DNA of 64,000 nt from Candidatus Yanofskybacteria bacterium CG10_big_fil_rev_8_21_14_0_10_36_16 (GCA_002794035.1 PCXQ01000004.1:17842-81841); one strand, 5' to 3'. Numbered from the stretch's first letter, positions 1-8,965 are shown. Program-made: numbers and translations. The notes: generated by a model from the letters alone, not told the origin.

Positions 1-42
1 ATAATTTATATATTTAAATATGAGCGTTTGTGATTACGGGTT

Positions 43-59
43 TTGAGCGGGATGCTCAA
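43..59. repeat. Palindromic hairpin TTGAGC-GGGAT-GCTCAA, copy 1 of 2. It is preceded by the AT-rich direct repeat AATAATTTATAT(A)TTTAA at 1-20.
   Basis: An exact 17-nt self-complementary motif seen directly in the sequence. The same motif recurs at 255-271. Confidence 0.6.
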
Positions 60-106
60 ATTTAAAGGACGATAAATAACATGTAGGTAGTAATAAAATG
101 GCTGCC

Positions 107-130
107 TAGAATTAATAAAATTAATTCTAG
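107..130. repeat. Perfect 24-nt palindrome CTAGAATTAAT-AA-ATTAATTCTAG in the rpmA upstream region
   Basis: Read directly from the sequence. Could be an operator or an RNA hairpin. Confidence 0.5.
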
Positions 131-254
131 ATGCTCATTTTTCTAATTACTCTCTACGTTCGTAAAGAGAGGCGTCCCGCTCCCAAAATTGTAGAGTTAA
201 GGGCTTCTGTCTAAATAATTTATATTTAATTTTTGTAGTGAACATTGGTAATTT

Positions 255-271
255 TTGAGCGGGATGCTCAA
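255..271. repeat. Palindromic hairpin TTGAGCGGGATGCTCAA, copy 2. It lies immediately upstream of the rpmA start and has an AT-rich direct-repeat partner at 214-230.
   Basis: Identical to the copy at 43-59. The flanking AATAATTTATATTTAAT repeat is also duplicated. Confidence 0.6.
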
Positions 272-294
272 GTTGTTACCCAATCGTTTCACTC

Positions 295-576
295 TTGGAC
301 AACTTGGCACATACAAAGGCTAAAGGCACTACAAAAGGAAATAGGGATTCAATTGGGAGGCGCTTAGGCGTTAAACTTTATGATGGTCAAAAAGCTCAAA
401 TTGGCAGTATTTTAATACGTCAAAGAGGTAGTAAATTCTGGCCTGGGGAAGGAGTTAAAAAGGGCAAGGACGACACTATTTTTGCTATGAAAGACGGTGT
501 TGTTAAATTTACAACCCGAAAGAAAATGAATTTTGACGGCAATAGACGCATTATTAAGATAATAAACGTAGTCTAA
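295..576 (+). CDS. rpmA: 50S ribosomal protein L27
   Basis: AHTKAKGTTKGNRDSIGRRLGVK...IRQRGSKFWPGEGVKKGKDDTIFA matches the L27 signature. The start is TTG per the ORF track. Confidence 0.9.
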   Translation: MDNLAHTKAKGTTKGNRDSIGRRLGVKLYDGQKAQIGSILIRQRGSKFWPGEGVKKGKDDTIFAMKDGVVKFTTRKKMNFDGNRRIIKIINVV

Positions 577-686
577 TTAGTAGTAAGTAGTTAGTATTAA
601 GTAGTATACATAAATCGCCAGTGGGCGATTTTTTGGTTGTGCCCAAGAGTTGAATAAAATTATATTTTAGTGCTAGTATCTTAACA

Positions 687-1091
687 ATGAAATTTATGAA
701 TTTTATCAAAACCTATCAGAGAGATGTTGTCTTTGCTGTAATTTTGGCGCTGGTTTTTGTGTCCGGATATAACATCGGAAAAATCAAAGGGGCAGGGGAG
801 GAGAAGCCCGACCTTACGGTAACTGCTCCCCGCCCAAATCTGCCTGAGGCAGACCTAAGCGGGCAAGCTTCTAAAGTTGAGGGTCTTGAGATCGGCTCTC
901 CCTCGTTACCTTCGACTACCCCGATTGATTTTAATAATATACAAGTGGTAGTTTCTAAAAATTCTGATAGGTATCATTTTCCATGGTGTCCGAGCATGGC
1001 AAAAATAAAAGAAGAAAATAAAATATTTTTCAAAAATGAAACAGAGGCGCAGAAGGCAGGGTATGTGCTTGCGGGCAATTGCACGAAATAA
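687..1091 (+). CDS. Membrane-anchored protein with a C-terminal Ada-like Zn-binding domain (YHxPxCP...C..C)
   Basis: N-terminal TM helix. The C-terminal RYHFPWCPSMAKIKEENKIFFKNETEAQKAGYVLAGNC resembles the Ada N-terminal Zn-binding fold. Confidence 0.45.
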   Translation: MKFMNFIKTYQRDVVFAVILALVFVSGYNIGKIKGAGEEKPDLTVTAPRPNLPEADLSGQASKVEGLEIGSPSLPSTTPIDFNNIQVVVSKNSDRYHFPWCPSMAKIKEENKIFFKNETEAQKAGYVLAGNCTK

Positions 1092-1118
1092 CCGACTTTC
1101 CTCCAAAGGCGGATAGGC

Positions 1119-1146
1119 AAAAACGGCTCATATGTGAGCCGTTTTT
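1119..1146. terminator. Bidirectional intrinsic terminator between convergent genes
   Basis: AAAAACGGCTCA-TATG-TGAGCCGTTTTT, a perfect stem with U-runs on both sides. Confidence 0.7.
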
Positions 1147-1148
1147 AT

Positions 1149-1901
1149 TTAAAAAATTTGCTTGAGCCAGAAGGAGTGTTCCCATTCCCAGAGAGTTTTG
1201 GATGCGAGGAAGGCTTTTATATCATGCTCAATGCCGTAAAGTTCTTTAAATTCTAAATCGCCTGTTGTTTCAGACCATACATGCTGGCACTTGCCGGCAT
1301 TTTTATTTTTCCAAGCGAGTCTTATTTTCTCATTGCCCCCTTTTTCTCGCAGGGTGGAGGAGCAGTTAAGGCATTTTTTTGATTGATCAAGACGAAGTAT
1401 CCATCGTGCAAGGGGTGGCATTGATGGATTTTCTCTGAGGGCCTCAACATAAGCTGCGGTTTGAATATTGTAATCTCTGTAAATCCCCGTTGATGTTTTA
1501 ATATCCAATACTCCGAGCTTGCCGTTTATTTCACAAAGGCAATCCATAGTTCCTGCATAGCGGTGTTTCTTGCTCACTAGTCTTTCTTCTATTTTGTAAG
1601 GAATTATTTCGTGTTGTTTCTTAAATTCTAAAAAAGAATTTATTGCCGGCTGAACCAACGAGGGGATAGGGGTCTCCTCTTCCTTTAAAATCGCTTCAAC
1701 CGTGTCATGGAGCAGGGTGCCTTCCTCGGCGGATTTTTCTTTTATTGCTTCACCAGCTTCAAAACTTTTTTGTTGAGCATAAAAACGATAGAGAGCCGGC
1801 TTGGCCTTTATAGATACAATCGATGTTACACGGGGATACCAAACGCCATCTATTTCATATCCGGTTGATTCTTTAAATTCTTGCAGGTTCTTGTACCACA
1901 T
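1149..1901 (-). CDS. PD-(D/E)XK family nuclease (RecB/Cas4-like fold) with C-terminal Cys cluster
   Basis: D..GVLDIKTS...QTAAY core motif, plus a CxxC...C cluster near the C-terminus. No cas genes or CRISPR array nearby. Confidence 0.45.
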   Translation of the reverse strand: MWYKNLQEFKESTGYEIDGVWYPRVTSIVSIKAKPALYRFYAQQKSFEAGEAIKEKSAEEGTLLHDTVEAILKEEETPIPSLVQPAINSFLEFKKQHEIIPYKIEERLVSKKHRYAGTMDCLCEINGKLGVLDIKTSTGIYRDYNIQTAAYVEALRENPSMPPLARWILRLDQSKKCLNCSSTLREKGGNEKIRLAWKNKNAGKCQHVWSETTGDLEFKELYGIEHDIKAFLASKTLWEWEHSFWLKQIF

Positions 1902-2622
1902 AATAATTTCTATATTAATTGAATTACAATAAAATCGCTAGGGGAATTAATTAATACCATGACGCACAATCATAGTTCTGCGACATGCTATATATTTCAA
2001 AATCATTGTTTTCATACATTTGATTATACTTTTTGAGATGCTTTGCTCAAGGTCGATACTTTTTTGTTGATTTATAGCCCCCCATATACTATATAGTGTT
2101 TTTTATACTGTTATTACCAATATACCATATTAAATAAGGAGGTATATTTATAATGCTATTTTAGGCCCCAGAATCGATTCTAAGGGGTTTTAGGGAGTCT
2201 TTGTGAGCATGAGGTTATGTTTTATATATTATTTTATATCTTTTATTAATTTTAAACAATTTCTCTAAATACAGAGATAAATAATTTAAATTTAAAACGT
2301 TTGATTCAAAAAATAAGCAGGAAAGTGGTCGGTTTAATCAGGGGAATTTACTAAAGCATTAGTCATTAATAAAAACATTCCTTCGGGGTGTTTTTTGGGG
2401 CTCTCCGATCATTTGGTTTATTCCCCCACCCTTTTGACAAAAAAAATATTAGACCACATATTATCAACCTTGTGTCAATAAAGTTATCCACAGGTGTTTA
2501 TCCTTGTTTTTCTGGGTCAGCGAAATCGTTGTTTATGTTTGGTCAACAAAGGCATGTTATCACTAAGATATAAAAAAAGTTCAAGCATATCCCCTGTTTA
2601 TTGTCCTGTTAAAGCACAAAAC

Positions 2623-2646
2623 AAATCCAGCCAAATGGCTGGATTT
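2623..2646 (-). terminator. Intrinsic terminator downstream of the CcdA-like gene
   Basis: AAATCCAGCC-AAAT-GGCTGGATTT followed by a T-run on the minus strand. Confidence 0.65.
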
Positions 2647-2670
2647 GTAAATATTTTGTGTGATGTTTTG

Positions 2671-3390
2671 TTAGAATATCGGTGGCAGTGAATTAAGCAT
2701 AAATACACCTAATGCAATTAAGAATAAACCGATCACTAATCTCATTAATCCCTTATGCTTTTGTCTCCAAGTTTCTAATTTGTCTGATTTTGTACCAAAA
2801 TAAGACACACCTATTACTACCAGCAACGGCAGAATGAATATTAAATTATAAAGCATAAGCAGGGGCACCGCTTCTGCATAAGAGCCTTTGGCTAATAATC
2901 CCAGGATTGCAAAATATGGCGCTCCAGTGCAAGGCAACTCAACCAAAACCACAAACACACCAAGAACAGCAGTGGTTAGATACAAGATAATAGGATTCTT
3001 TTTTTCAAGTGACTCTATTTTTTTTGTGTAATATTTAATTCGGCTTGCTGCACCAGGAATCATTTGAAGGGTAAACCCTCTTCCATACCAGAAAAAATCT
3101 TTAATTTCTAATAATCCAGCAATTATTGCAATTACGGCAACTATTAAATAGAAAAATCCGGCTATTCCTGTTCCTAATGTTAACCTCAATATGCCAAAAC
3201 CGAGAAATAAATATGTCGCGTACACAACTGCTGAATACAACAACCCTCCGATCAGCATTTTCTTTCTGCTCTTAAATACGCGGGTCATAAAGGCAATTAA
3301 GAAAATAAGTACTCCAAAAACGCACGGGTTAATACTGTCTATAAGTGCTGCACCTATTATAATTGGCAATGTAAGTTGTTCTCCCAACAT
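2671..3390 (-). CDS. DsbD/CcdA-family transmembrane thiol-disulfide electron transporter
   Basis: Polytopic membrane protein with SINPC in TM1 and LPCTG in a later TM, the CcdA/DsbD_2 signature. Confidence 0.6.
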   Translation of the reverse strand: MLGEQLTLPIIIGAALIDSINPCVFGVLIFLIAFMTRVFKSRKKMLIGGLLYSAVVYATYLFLGFGILRLTLGTGIAGFFYLIVAVIAIIAGLLEIKDFFWYGRGFTLQMIPGAASRIKYYTKKIESLEKKNPIILYLTTAVLGVFVVLVELPCTGAPYFAILGLLAKGSYAEAVPLLMLYNLIFILPLLVVIGVSYFGTKSDKLETWRQKHKGLMRLVIGLFLIALGVFMLNSLPPIF

Positions 3391-3465
3391 CTTGTTTCTA
3401 AAGCTTATAACACAAAAAATTTAAAGTTAGTAAAATAGTTACTTTAAATTTTTATAAACTTTTAA

Positions 3466-4281
3466 TTATTCAGGTAATTTGCAACCTGAAATTTCACTTA
3501 ATTTTTTGAACGATTGAACTCCTGGATCAAATCTATATATTTCACTACCATCTTCCCTCTCTTGTATCCATGTAGGTGTGTGTTCTATGTTTTTGGCCAC
3601 GCATCTTTCAACTTCCGGGTGGGGATTTCTAGGATCGCATTCTATTTCTTTTATATATTGAAAAGCATCTCCGAATAACCCCCGTTGTTTTAAGCAGAAG
3701 GAACATGTTATAGAGCCATACATCAAGAATCCTTTCTCATCAAGACATTGAGCAAATTCGTTGTATTTATCTCCTGGGCCTACAGATGAATGAACCCCCC
3801 ATGTTAAGAGTGCTAATAAAATAGCTACAACAACAGCAGACACAAAGTGGTTCTTTTTAAATTCTGTCCCGCTTCCCTTCCATGCGGTAATTGCTATCAA
3901 TGTCATGAGTATTTTGGATCCTTCACAAAAGACGCATATGCTTTTAATAACCGTGAGCTCTATAATTGTTAGGTAAAGTGATGGACCAAGGAAGGCGATG
4001 GTTATAAATGCTATCTTTTTTAGGGTTTTTTTGTCATATTTAAAAATTGATGTGAAAAATACTGCTATAAAGTAAAAGATTCCCAACATAGAAACAGGTA
4101 TGCCTGCGACCTCAGAATATTCACTTTTGTTAACTATGTCGCATGATAAACCCTTCCCAAGATCACAAAAAGACCCCTCTTCTTCAGAGAAGTGTAAGCT
4201 GACTAAGTATCCCATTATAAGAATACCCAGTATGGATAAGACGGCTAATGCTATTTGTTTTTTTTCGTGTTTTTTAGCCAT
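3466..4281 (-). CDS. Vitamin K epoxide reductase (VKOR) homolog fused to a thioredoxin-like domain (DsbB analog)
   Basis: N-terminal VKOR TM domain with loop Cys pair (FCDLGKGLSCD) and TM CVFC. C-terminal Trx-like domain with CSFC. Confidence 0.7.
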   Translation of the reverse strand: MAKKHEKKQIALAVLSILGILIMGYLVSLHFSEEEGSFCDLGKGLSCDIVNKSEYSEVAGIPVSMLGIFYFIAVFFTSIFKYDKKTLKKIAFITIAFLGPSLYLTIIELTVIKSICVFCEGSKILMTLIAITAWKGSGTEFKKNHFVSAVVVAILLALLTWGVHSSVGPGDKYNEFAQCLDEKGFLMYGSITCSFCLKQRGLFGDAFQYIKEIECDPRNPHPEVERCVAKNIEHTPTWIQEREDGSEIYRFDPGVQSFKKLSEISGCKLPE

Positions 4282-4310
4282 TTAAGTTTACTTACCGTAG
4301 TAGATAAGTA

Positions 4311-4496
4311 TTAGCAAAACTCGCATGCCTCTTTTGGTTTTTTGCCTCCCTTTTTGCAACACTTATTGCAACAAAAGGTTGTGCCTCCCCAAATAAATGA
4401 GCCCTCACTTTTTTTCTTGGACTTTCCGCATTTACCGCATTTAAAGGTATTGCCAGATGATGTTTTTTTATTTGTTGGTTTCTTTTTGGCTGGCAT
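4311..4496 (-). CDS. Cys/Lys-rich mini-protein (10 Cys in 61 aa: CGKCG...CCNKCCKK...CEFC), putative metal-binding or zinc-ribbon protein
   Basis: ORF-track translation. Sits between the P-type ATPase and VKOR genes on the same strand. Confidence 0.4.
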   Translation of the reverse strand: MPAKKKPTNKKTSSGNTFKCGKCGKSKKKSEGSFIWGGTTFCCNKCCKKGGKKPKEACEFC

Positions 4497-4599
4497 AAAG
4501 TTTTAATACAAATACTTGTGTAATTGTATGGTTAATTTATTTTACTTAATTATAACAAATAAACTGACAGCTTCTAAGAAAAGTTATCCCCAATTGTGT

Positions 4600-7251
4600 T
4601 TATAGTCCCGCGAAATGTCTGCGGTGAAGAAGTTTTACAAATTCAATTATAAATAATTTTGTAATACCAATACCCATAACAAGCAAAGCATGTTGCAATA
4701 AAAGAGGCGATGTTCGAAGAACATGGTTTAGTTGTGGTAGATAAACTGCTGACACCATCATTGCAAAGCCCAGTGCAATAGCAAACAATAAGTAGCGATT
4801 ATTAAATAGATTCATTTTAAATATTGATTTATCTAATGATTTTAATGAGAAAATAAAGAATAACGAATCAGTGCCTAAGGTAGCAAAGATTATTGTTCTT
4901 ATATAGCTTATGTCGTAATGAGAGTACTTTAAAAAGAAGAAGAACACAGAGAAAAGAATAATATCTGTCATTATACCAAGAGGATATGCAATAAATGATG
5001 CTTCTCTGTCTAAAATTGGCTTATTCCTTTCTATTGGTTTTCGTTTTAAAACATCGTCTTCCGGAGGTTCAAAAGCTAGCGCAAAATTTGGCAAGCCGTC
5101 CTCTACTAAGTTGGTCCAAAGAATTTGAACAGCTATCAACGGTAAGGGGATCTTAAATAGTAAGGCTCCTAAAATTAAAATTACCTCCGTAAAAGAATTT
5201 GAAAGCATAAAAACTGTGACTTTTTTTATGTTGTCAAAAGCAGTTCTCCCCTGCTTTATTGCTTCAACAATTGTTAAAAAACTATCGTCTAACAAAATCA
5301 AATCAGCGGCTTCTTTTGTAACATCTGTTCCAGATCCTACAGCAACTCCTACGTCAGCAACTTTTAATGCCGGAGCATCGTTTATGCCATCTCCTGTTAC
5401 CGCTACCACCTCCCCTACTTCTTTCCATGCTTTTACTATGCGAAGCTTATGTTCCGGGTTAACTCTGGCAAAAATATCAATCTCTCTAATTTTTGTCCTT
5501 AAATCCTCATCGGATATTTTGTCCATTTCCGCCCCCTCCATAATTGAGTCTTGGTCGGTGGGTAACCCAAGTTCTTTTCCTATCGCTAATGCAGTTAGTT
5601 TGTGATCGCCTGTTAACATAACAAGCCTAATTCCTGCATCGTTAACTTCTTTTATTATTTCTTTCACGCCTTCTCTGATGGGATCTTTTATTGCTGCAAG
5701 GCCTAAATAGGTTATATTTTTAACAGAATTGACCATTTCTTTTTCGTTATATTCCAATACTTCATTTTCGTTGTTTTGGATATCAACATATGCTGCTGCA
5801 ATCATTCTGAGGCCATCTTTTGCCATTTCTTCATATTTAAGCTCAGCCTCTTTTTTATACTCTTCTGTTATCTTTTGTGCCTCTCCGTTTTTGTCCACCG
5901 ACTCAGATAGCTCAATTATTTTTTCAGGTGTGCCAGTAATGTAAACTCGAATCCCTGAGTCCTTTTTATGAAAAGAAGCAATAAATTTATTTTTGGGGTC
6001 AAAAGGTAAAATGTTTAAACGAGGCATTGATAACATTAATTCGTTATATGTCATGTCAGAGTTTTCAAGGAATGCTTGCATTTTTGCCTGATCAGTTGAT
6101 TCTCCTTTTATGGCAGGACCTTCTGGGGTGTTCCCAGATTGTGAGACTGGTTTTTCTACTAATGCTTCATTTGCCAGTGCCAGTGCTAAGTAAAATTCTT
6201 TTTTATCTGATTCGCTAACAATTTTTTCTACTGACATTTTGCCTTCTGTTAAAGTTCCTGTTTTGTCAGAACAGATAACCGAGGTTGAACCGAGTGATTC
6301 TGCTGCGATGAGTTGTTTTACCAATCCTTTTTTTGTGAGAATTCTACGGCTTGATACAGCAAGAATAACAGCTATTGTCGCAGGGAGGCCTTCTGGGATT
6401 GCTGCTACAGCAACTGCTATTGAGGTTATAAATATCTCAGTAAATTCAATTTTTTCATACCACCCAACACCAACTATTAAAACCGAAGCAATGGTAACAA
6501 TTATTGCTATTATTTTGCCCAAATGACCCATTCTTTGTTGAAGAGGTGTTTGATCTTCTTCTGCTTTTTTTGTAAGCTCTGCAATTTTTCCAACTTCTGT
6601 ATTTCCACTTGTTTTTACTACTATCCCTATTCCTTCACCCTTTTCAATTATTGAGCCTGTAAATATCATATTCTTTCTGTCGCCAACCACGACGTCTTCT
6701 TTTATTGAATTTGTGTTCTTGTTAACTGCCGACGATTCTCCTGTAAGAAGTGATTCGTTTGCTTCAAGATTTTTTGCATAAATCAGCCGAGCATCTGCCG
6801 GTACCTTCATCCCTGCTTTTATATGGATTATGTCGCCTATTACTAATTTTTCTGAGTCTATTTCGCGCACATCACCATTTCTTTGGACTCGAGCTATTAC
6901 TTTTACGATTTGTGTTAGCTTTTCGAGTGTTTTACCCGAACTGTATTCTTGGTAAAATCCTATGCCTATGTTTACTGCAACGGCTGCAAAAATTATTATG
7001 GCGTCTAGGTTATGTTCGATGGCGATAGATATTGATCCTCCTATAATAAGTATGTAAATAAGCGGGCTTTTTAATTGACTCAACAAAAAAAGTCCTAATC
7101 GGAAACGTTTTTCTCTGGGGAGTCTGTTGGGGCCTTGTTCTTTAAGGCGTTTTTCTGCTTCTTCTTCCGTTAAGCCTTTTTTGCTTGAGTTAAGACGATT
7201 TAAAACATCATCAAATTCAAGTTGATACCATTTTGTTGCCTCGTTTTGCAT
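4600..7251 (-). CDS. P-type cation-transporting ATPase, P2 (Ca2+/Mg2+) type
   Basis: LTGES, CSDKTGTLT and TGDGINDAPALKVADVGVAVG motifs. PEGLP in the TM region indicates P2-type rather than a CPC heavy-metal pump. 883 aa. Confidence 0.85.
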   Translation of the reverse strand: MQNEATKWYQLEFDDVLNRLNSSKKGLTEEEAEKRLKEQGPNRLPREKRFRLGLFLLSQLKSPLIYILIIGGSISIAIEHNLDAIIIFAAVAVNIGIGFYQEYSSGKTLEKLTQIVKVIARVQRNGDVREIDSEKLVIGDIIHIKAGMKVPADARLIYAKNLEANESLLTGESSAVNKNTNSIKEDVVVGDRKNMIFTGSIIEKGEGIGIVVKTSGNTEVGKIAELTKKAEEDQTPLQQRMGHLGKIIAIIVTIASVLIVGVGWYEKIEFTEIFITSIAVAVAAIPEGLPATIAVILAVSSRRILTKKGLVKQLIAAESLGSTSVICSDKTGTLTEGKMSVEKIVSESDKKEFYLALALANEALVEKPVSQSGNTPEGPAIKGESTDQAKMQAFLENSDMTYNELMLSMPRLNILPFDPKNKFIASFHKKDSGIRVYITGTPEKIIELSESVDKNGEAQKITEEYKKEAELKYEEMAKDGLRMIAAAYVDIQNNENEVLEYNEKEMVNSVKNITYLGLAAIKDPIREGVKEIIKEVNDAGIRLVMLTGDHKLTALAIGKELGLPTDQDSIMEGAEMDKISDEDLRTKIREIDIFARVNPEHKLRIVKAWKEVGEVVAVTGDGINDAPALKVADVGVAVGSGTDVTKEAADLILLDDSFLTIVEAIKQGRTAFDNIKKVTVFMLSNSFTEVILILGALLFKIPLPLIAVQILWTNLVEDGLPNFALAFEPPEDDVLKRKPIERNKPILDREASFIAYPLGIMTDIILFSVFFFFLKYSHYDISYIRTIIFATLGTDSLFFIFSLKSLDKSIFKMNLFNNRYLLFAIALGFAMMVSAVYLPQLNHVLRTSPLLLQHALLVMGIGITKLFIIEFVKLLHRRHFAGL

Positions 7252-7288
7252 ATTTGTATTGTAGCAGAACTTAAACCGAGGAGCTAAA

Positions 7289-8575
7289 TTATGGAAGATA
7301 ATCTAACGGGTTTAAGGTGCCGTCAAAATAATTAAAGTAAATCTGCCCATTTTTTTCATTAATATATGTAAAGAAGTCGTGGTATAAACTTAAATGCAAG
7401 TGAGAGCCGGTTGAATTGCCGGTTGAGCCTTCGTACCCAACAATGCTTCCGCCATGAACCGGCGTGGTATTAGAAAGACCTGATGGAGATTGCATGTGCG
7501 CATAAACACTAACTAAGTTGTTGAAATATCGTATGGCTACCCAATTTCCAAAACCATCATTAAATCCGCTGGCAAGTATTGTCCCCTCCCCCATTGCATA
7601 AATAGGTGTTCCATAACCTCCAGCAAAATCAATACCGTTGTGCGGTGCTCCACCGTATGCCCCGCGTCTTGCATATGTTGTATAACCATATCCTTGTGTA
7701 AAGACATAATTATCTTCCGGCCACCTGAATATGTTGGCCTTGGGCGGAATGGGATCGGCTGTAACGTGAACTATAAAAGCCCCTTCTTCTAGTGCTGCTT
7801 TTTCAAGACTTTGCAATTCATTGAAGAATTCTTGTTCTTTTCTTTCAACTTCAGCAAGAAGGTCTCTATATCTTGCTTCCTCACCCTTTGTCTTTGTTAG
7901 TAGGTAGTCTTTGTTTTCTTTTGTGCTTTCGAGTGATATGTTCTGTCTTATTTGTTGTTCTTTTAGGCCTTCTAGTTCCCCCTTTTTTGTTTTTAAGGAA
8001 TTTAGTTGGCCGTCTAAAATTATTTTTTGAGTTTTTAGGGTTGATAATAGTTTCGTAAGTTGAGCACTAAGTTTTTCGTTTTCCTGAGTTTTGCCAAAGA
8101 AATCAGACAATCTTGCATTTTTTAATAACACTGCCAGCATGCTTTGTTTTTCGTTTTGGTGAATTTCAGAAATTAAATTTCCTATAGCTTTTTTTTCAAA
8201 ATTTAAAGCTTCTTGAGTATTAAAAATTTGTTCATTTAATTCTGTCATTTCGAGTTTTGTCGCATCAATACTTCTATCTGTGACAGCTAGCTGAACTCGT
8301 AGCTGGGACATTTGATTGTTTAAAATTGATATTTGTCGTGCCAGGGTATCGGCTTCCTTGCTTTTGGCTTTTATGGTTCCTTTATATTGTTCAGCTTCTT
8401 TTTCTAATTTCTCTATTTGTTCGCGGAGATCTAGAATTTTAAGATTTATATCTTCATCAGCACTGACAGTTTTAAAATTAAAAAATGTAAATATTAAAAT
8501 AAAAACAACAATAAGCACCCACAAATTTGAGGATTTACAGATCTTCAATAAGTTGTTATTATTTAGTAAGCTCAT
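7289..8575 (-). CDS. M23-family peptidoglycan metalloendopeptidase with N-terminal coiled coil (EnvC/LytM-like)
   Basis: C-terminal HNGIDFAG...GSTGNSTGSHLHLSLY matches the LytM/M23 domain. Long coiled-coil N-terminus. ATG at 8573-8575 chosen (MSLLNN...). Confidence 0.8.
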   Translation of the reverse strand: MSLLNNNNLLKICKSSNLWVLIVVFILIFTFFNFKTVSADEDINLKILDLREQIEKLEKEAEQYKGTIKAKSKEADTLARQISILNNQMSQLRVQLAVTDRSIDATKLEMTELNEQIFNTQEALNFEKKAIGNLISEIHQNEKQSMLAVLLKNARLSDFFGKTQENEKLSAQLTKLLSTLKTQKIILDGQLNSLKTKKGELEGLKEQQIRQNISLESTKENKDYLLTKTKGEEARYRDLLAEVERKEQEFFNELQSLEKAALEEGAFIVHVTADPIPPKANIFRWPEDNYVFTQGYGYTTYARRGAYGGAPHNGIDFAGGYGTPIYAMGEGTILASGFNDGFGNWVAIRYFNNLVSVYAHMQSPSGLSNTTPVHGGSIVGYEGSTGNSTGSHLHLSLYHDFFTYINEKNGQIYFNYFDGTLNPLDYLP

Positions 8576-8599
8576 TTTTTGAAACAAGGAGTTAGCAAG

Positions 8600-8926
8600 A
8601 TGAAAATTGAAAGCAATGTATATAAGACCTTAAAAAATTCTATACCAATTATGATTCAGGAATCAGAGGGAAATTTTACTTTGTTAAGCACGATGGGTAA
8701 TTTAGTCAAAAATTATTTGCCAGATATTTTAAATAGTTTCGAGGTTCAATTTAAAGTTAAAATTGTCTCAGTGGAAATTATGGAAGAAAAAGATATTGAA
8801 ATTGGCGGTACATATAATTTGCTTATATTGATTAGGCATGAATCTCAGCCAGATGATTCTAATATGGATTATTTGGTTGAAAAATTAAATTTAGATTTAG
8901 AAATATCTGAACTTGTATCTCATTGA
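8600..8926 (+). CDS. Hypothetical protein (108 aa)
   Basis: AAGGAG SD sits 8 nt upstream of the ATG at 8600. No recognisable domain. Confidence 0.45.
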   Translation: MKIESNVYKTLKNSIPIMIQESEGNFTLLSTMGNLVKNYLPDILNSFEVQFKVKIVSVEIMEEKDIEIGGTYNLLILIRHESQPDDSNMDYLVEKLNLDLEISELVSH

Positions 8927-8933
8927 TTCAATT

Positions 8934-8965
8934 AACTACGCTGTTTTGCGTAGTTTTTTTATTTT
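8934..8965. terminator. Bidirectional terminator hairpin
   Basis: AACTACGC-TGTTTT-GCGTAGTT followed by TTTTTTTATTTT. Confidence 0.65.

Noticed and set aside
906-1106. 66-aa minus-strand ORF
   Set aside because: It overlaps the 3' half of the Ada-like domain gene on the opposite strand and has low-complexity F/I-rich content.
2316-2345. GCAGGAAAGTGGTCGG resembling the RNase P RNA P4 motif AGGAAAGUCCGGGC
   Set aside because: Only a partial match. No second P4 strand or other RNase P conserved regions are nearby. Left as part of the unexplained 770-bp gap.
5216-7028. Several 60-130-aa plus-strand ORFs (5216..5605, 5729..5944, 6027..6218, 6239..6526, 6750..7028)
   Set aside because: All are antisense to the well-supported P-type ATPase gene. 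They are Ser/Leu-rich reverse-frame artefacts.
4600-7251. Heavy-metal (P1B) ATPase interpretation suggested by the neighbouring Cys-rich mini-protein
   Set aside because: The TM6 motif is PEGLP (P2-type). It is not CPC/CPH, and there is no N-terminal CxxC heavy-metal-binding domain.
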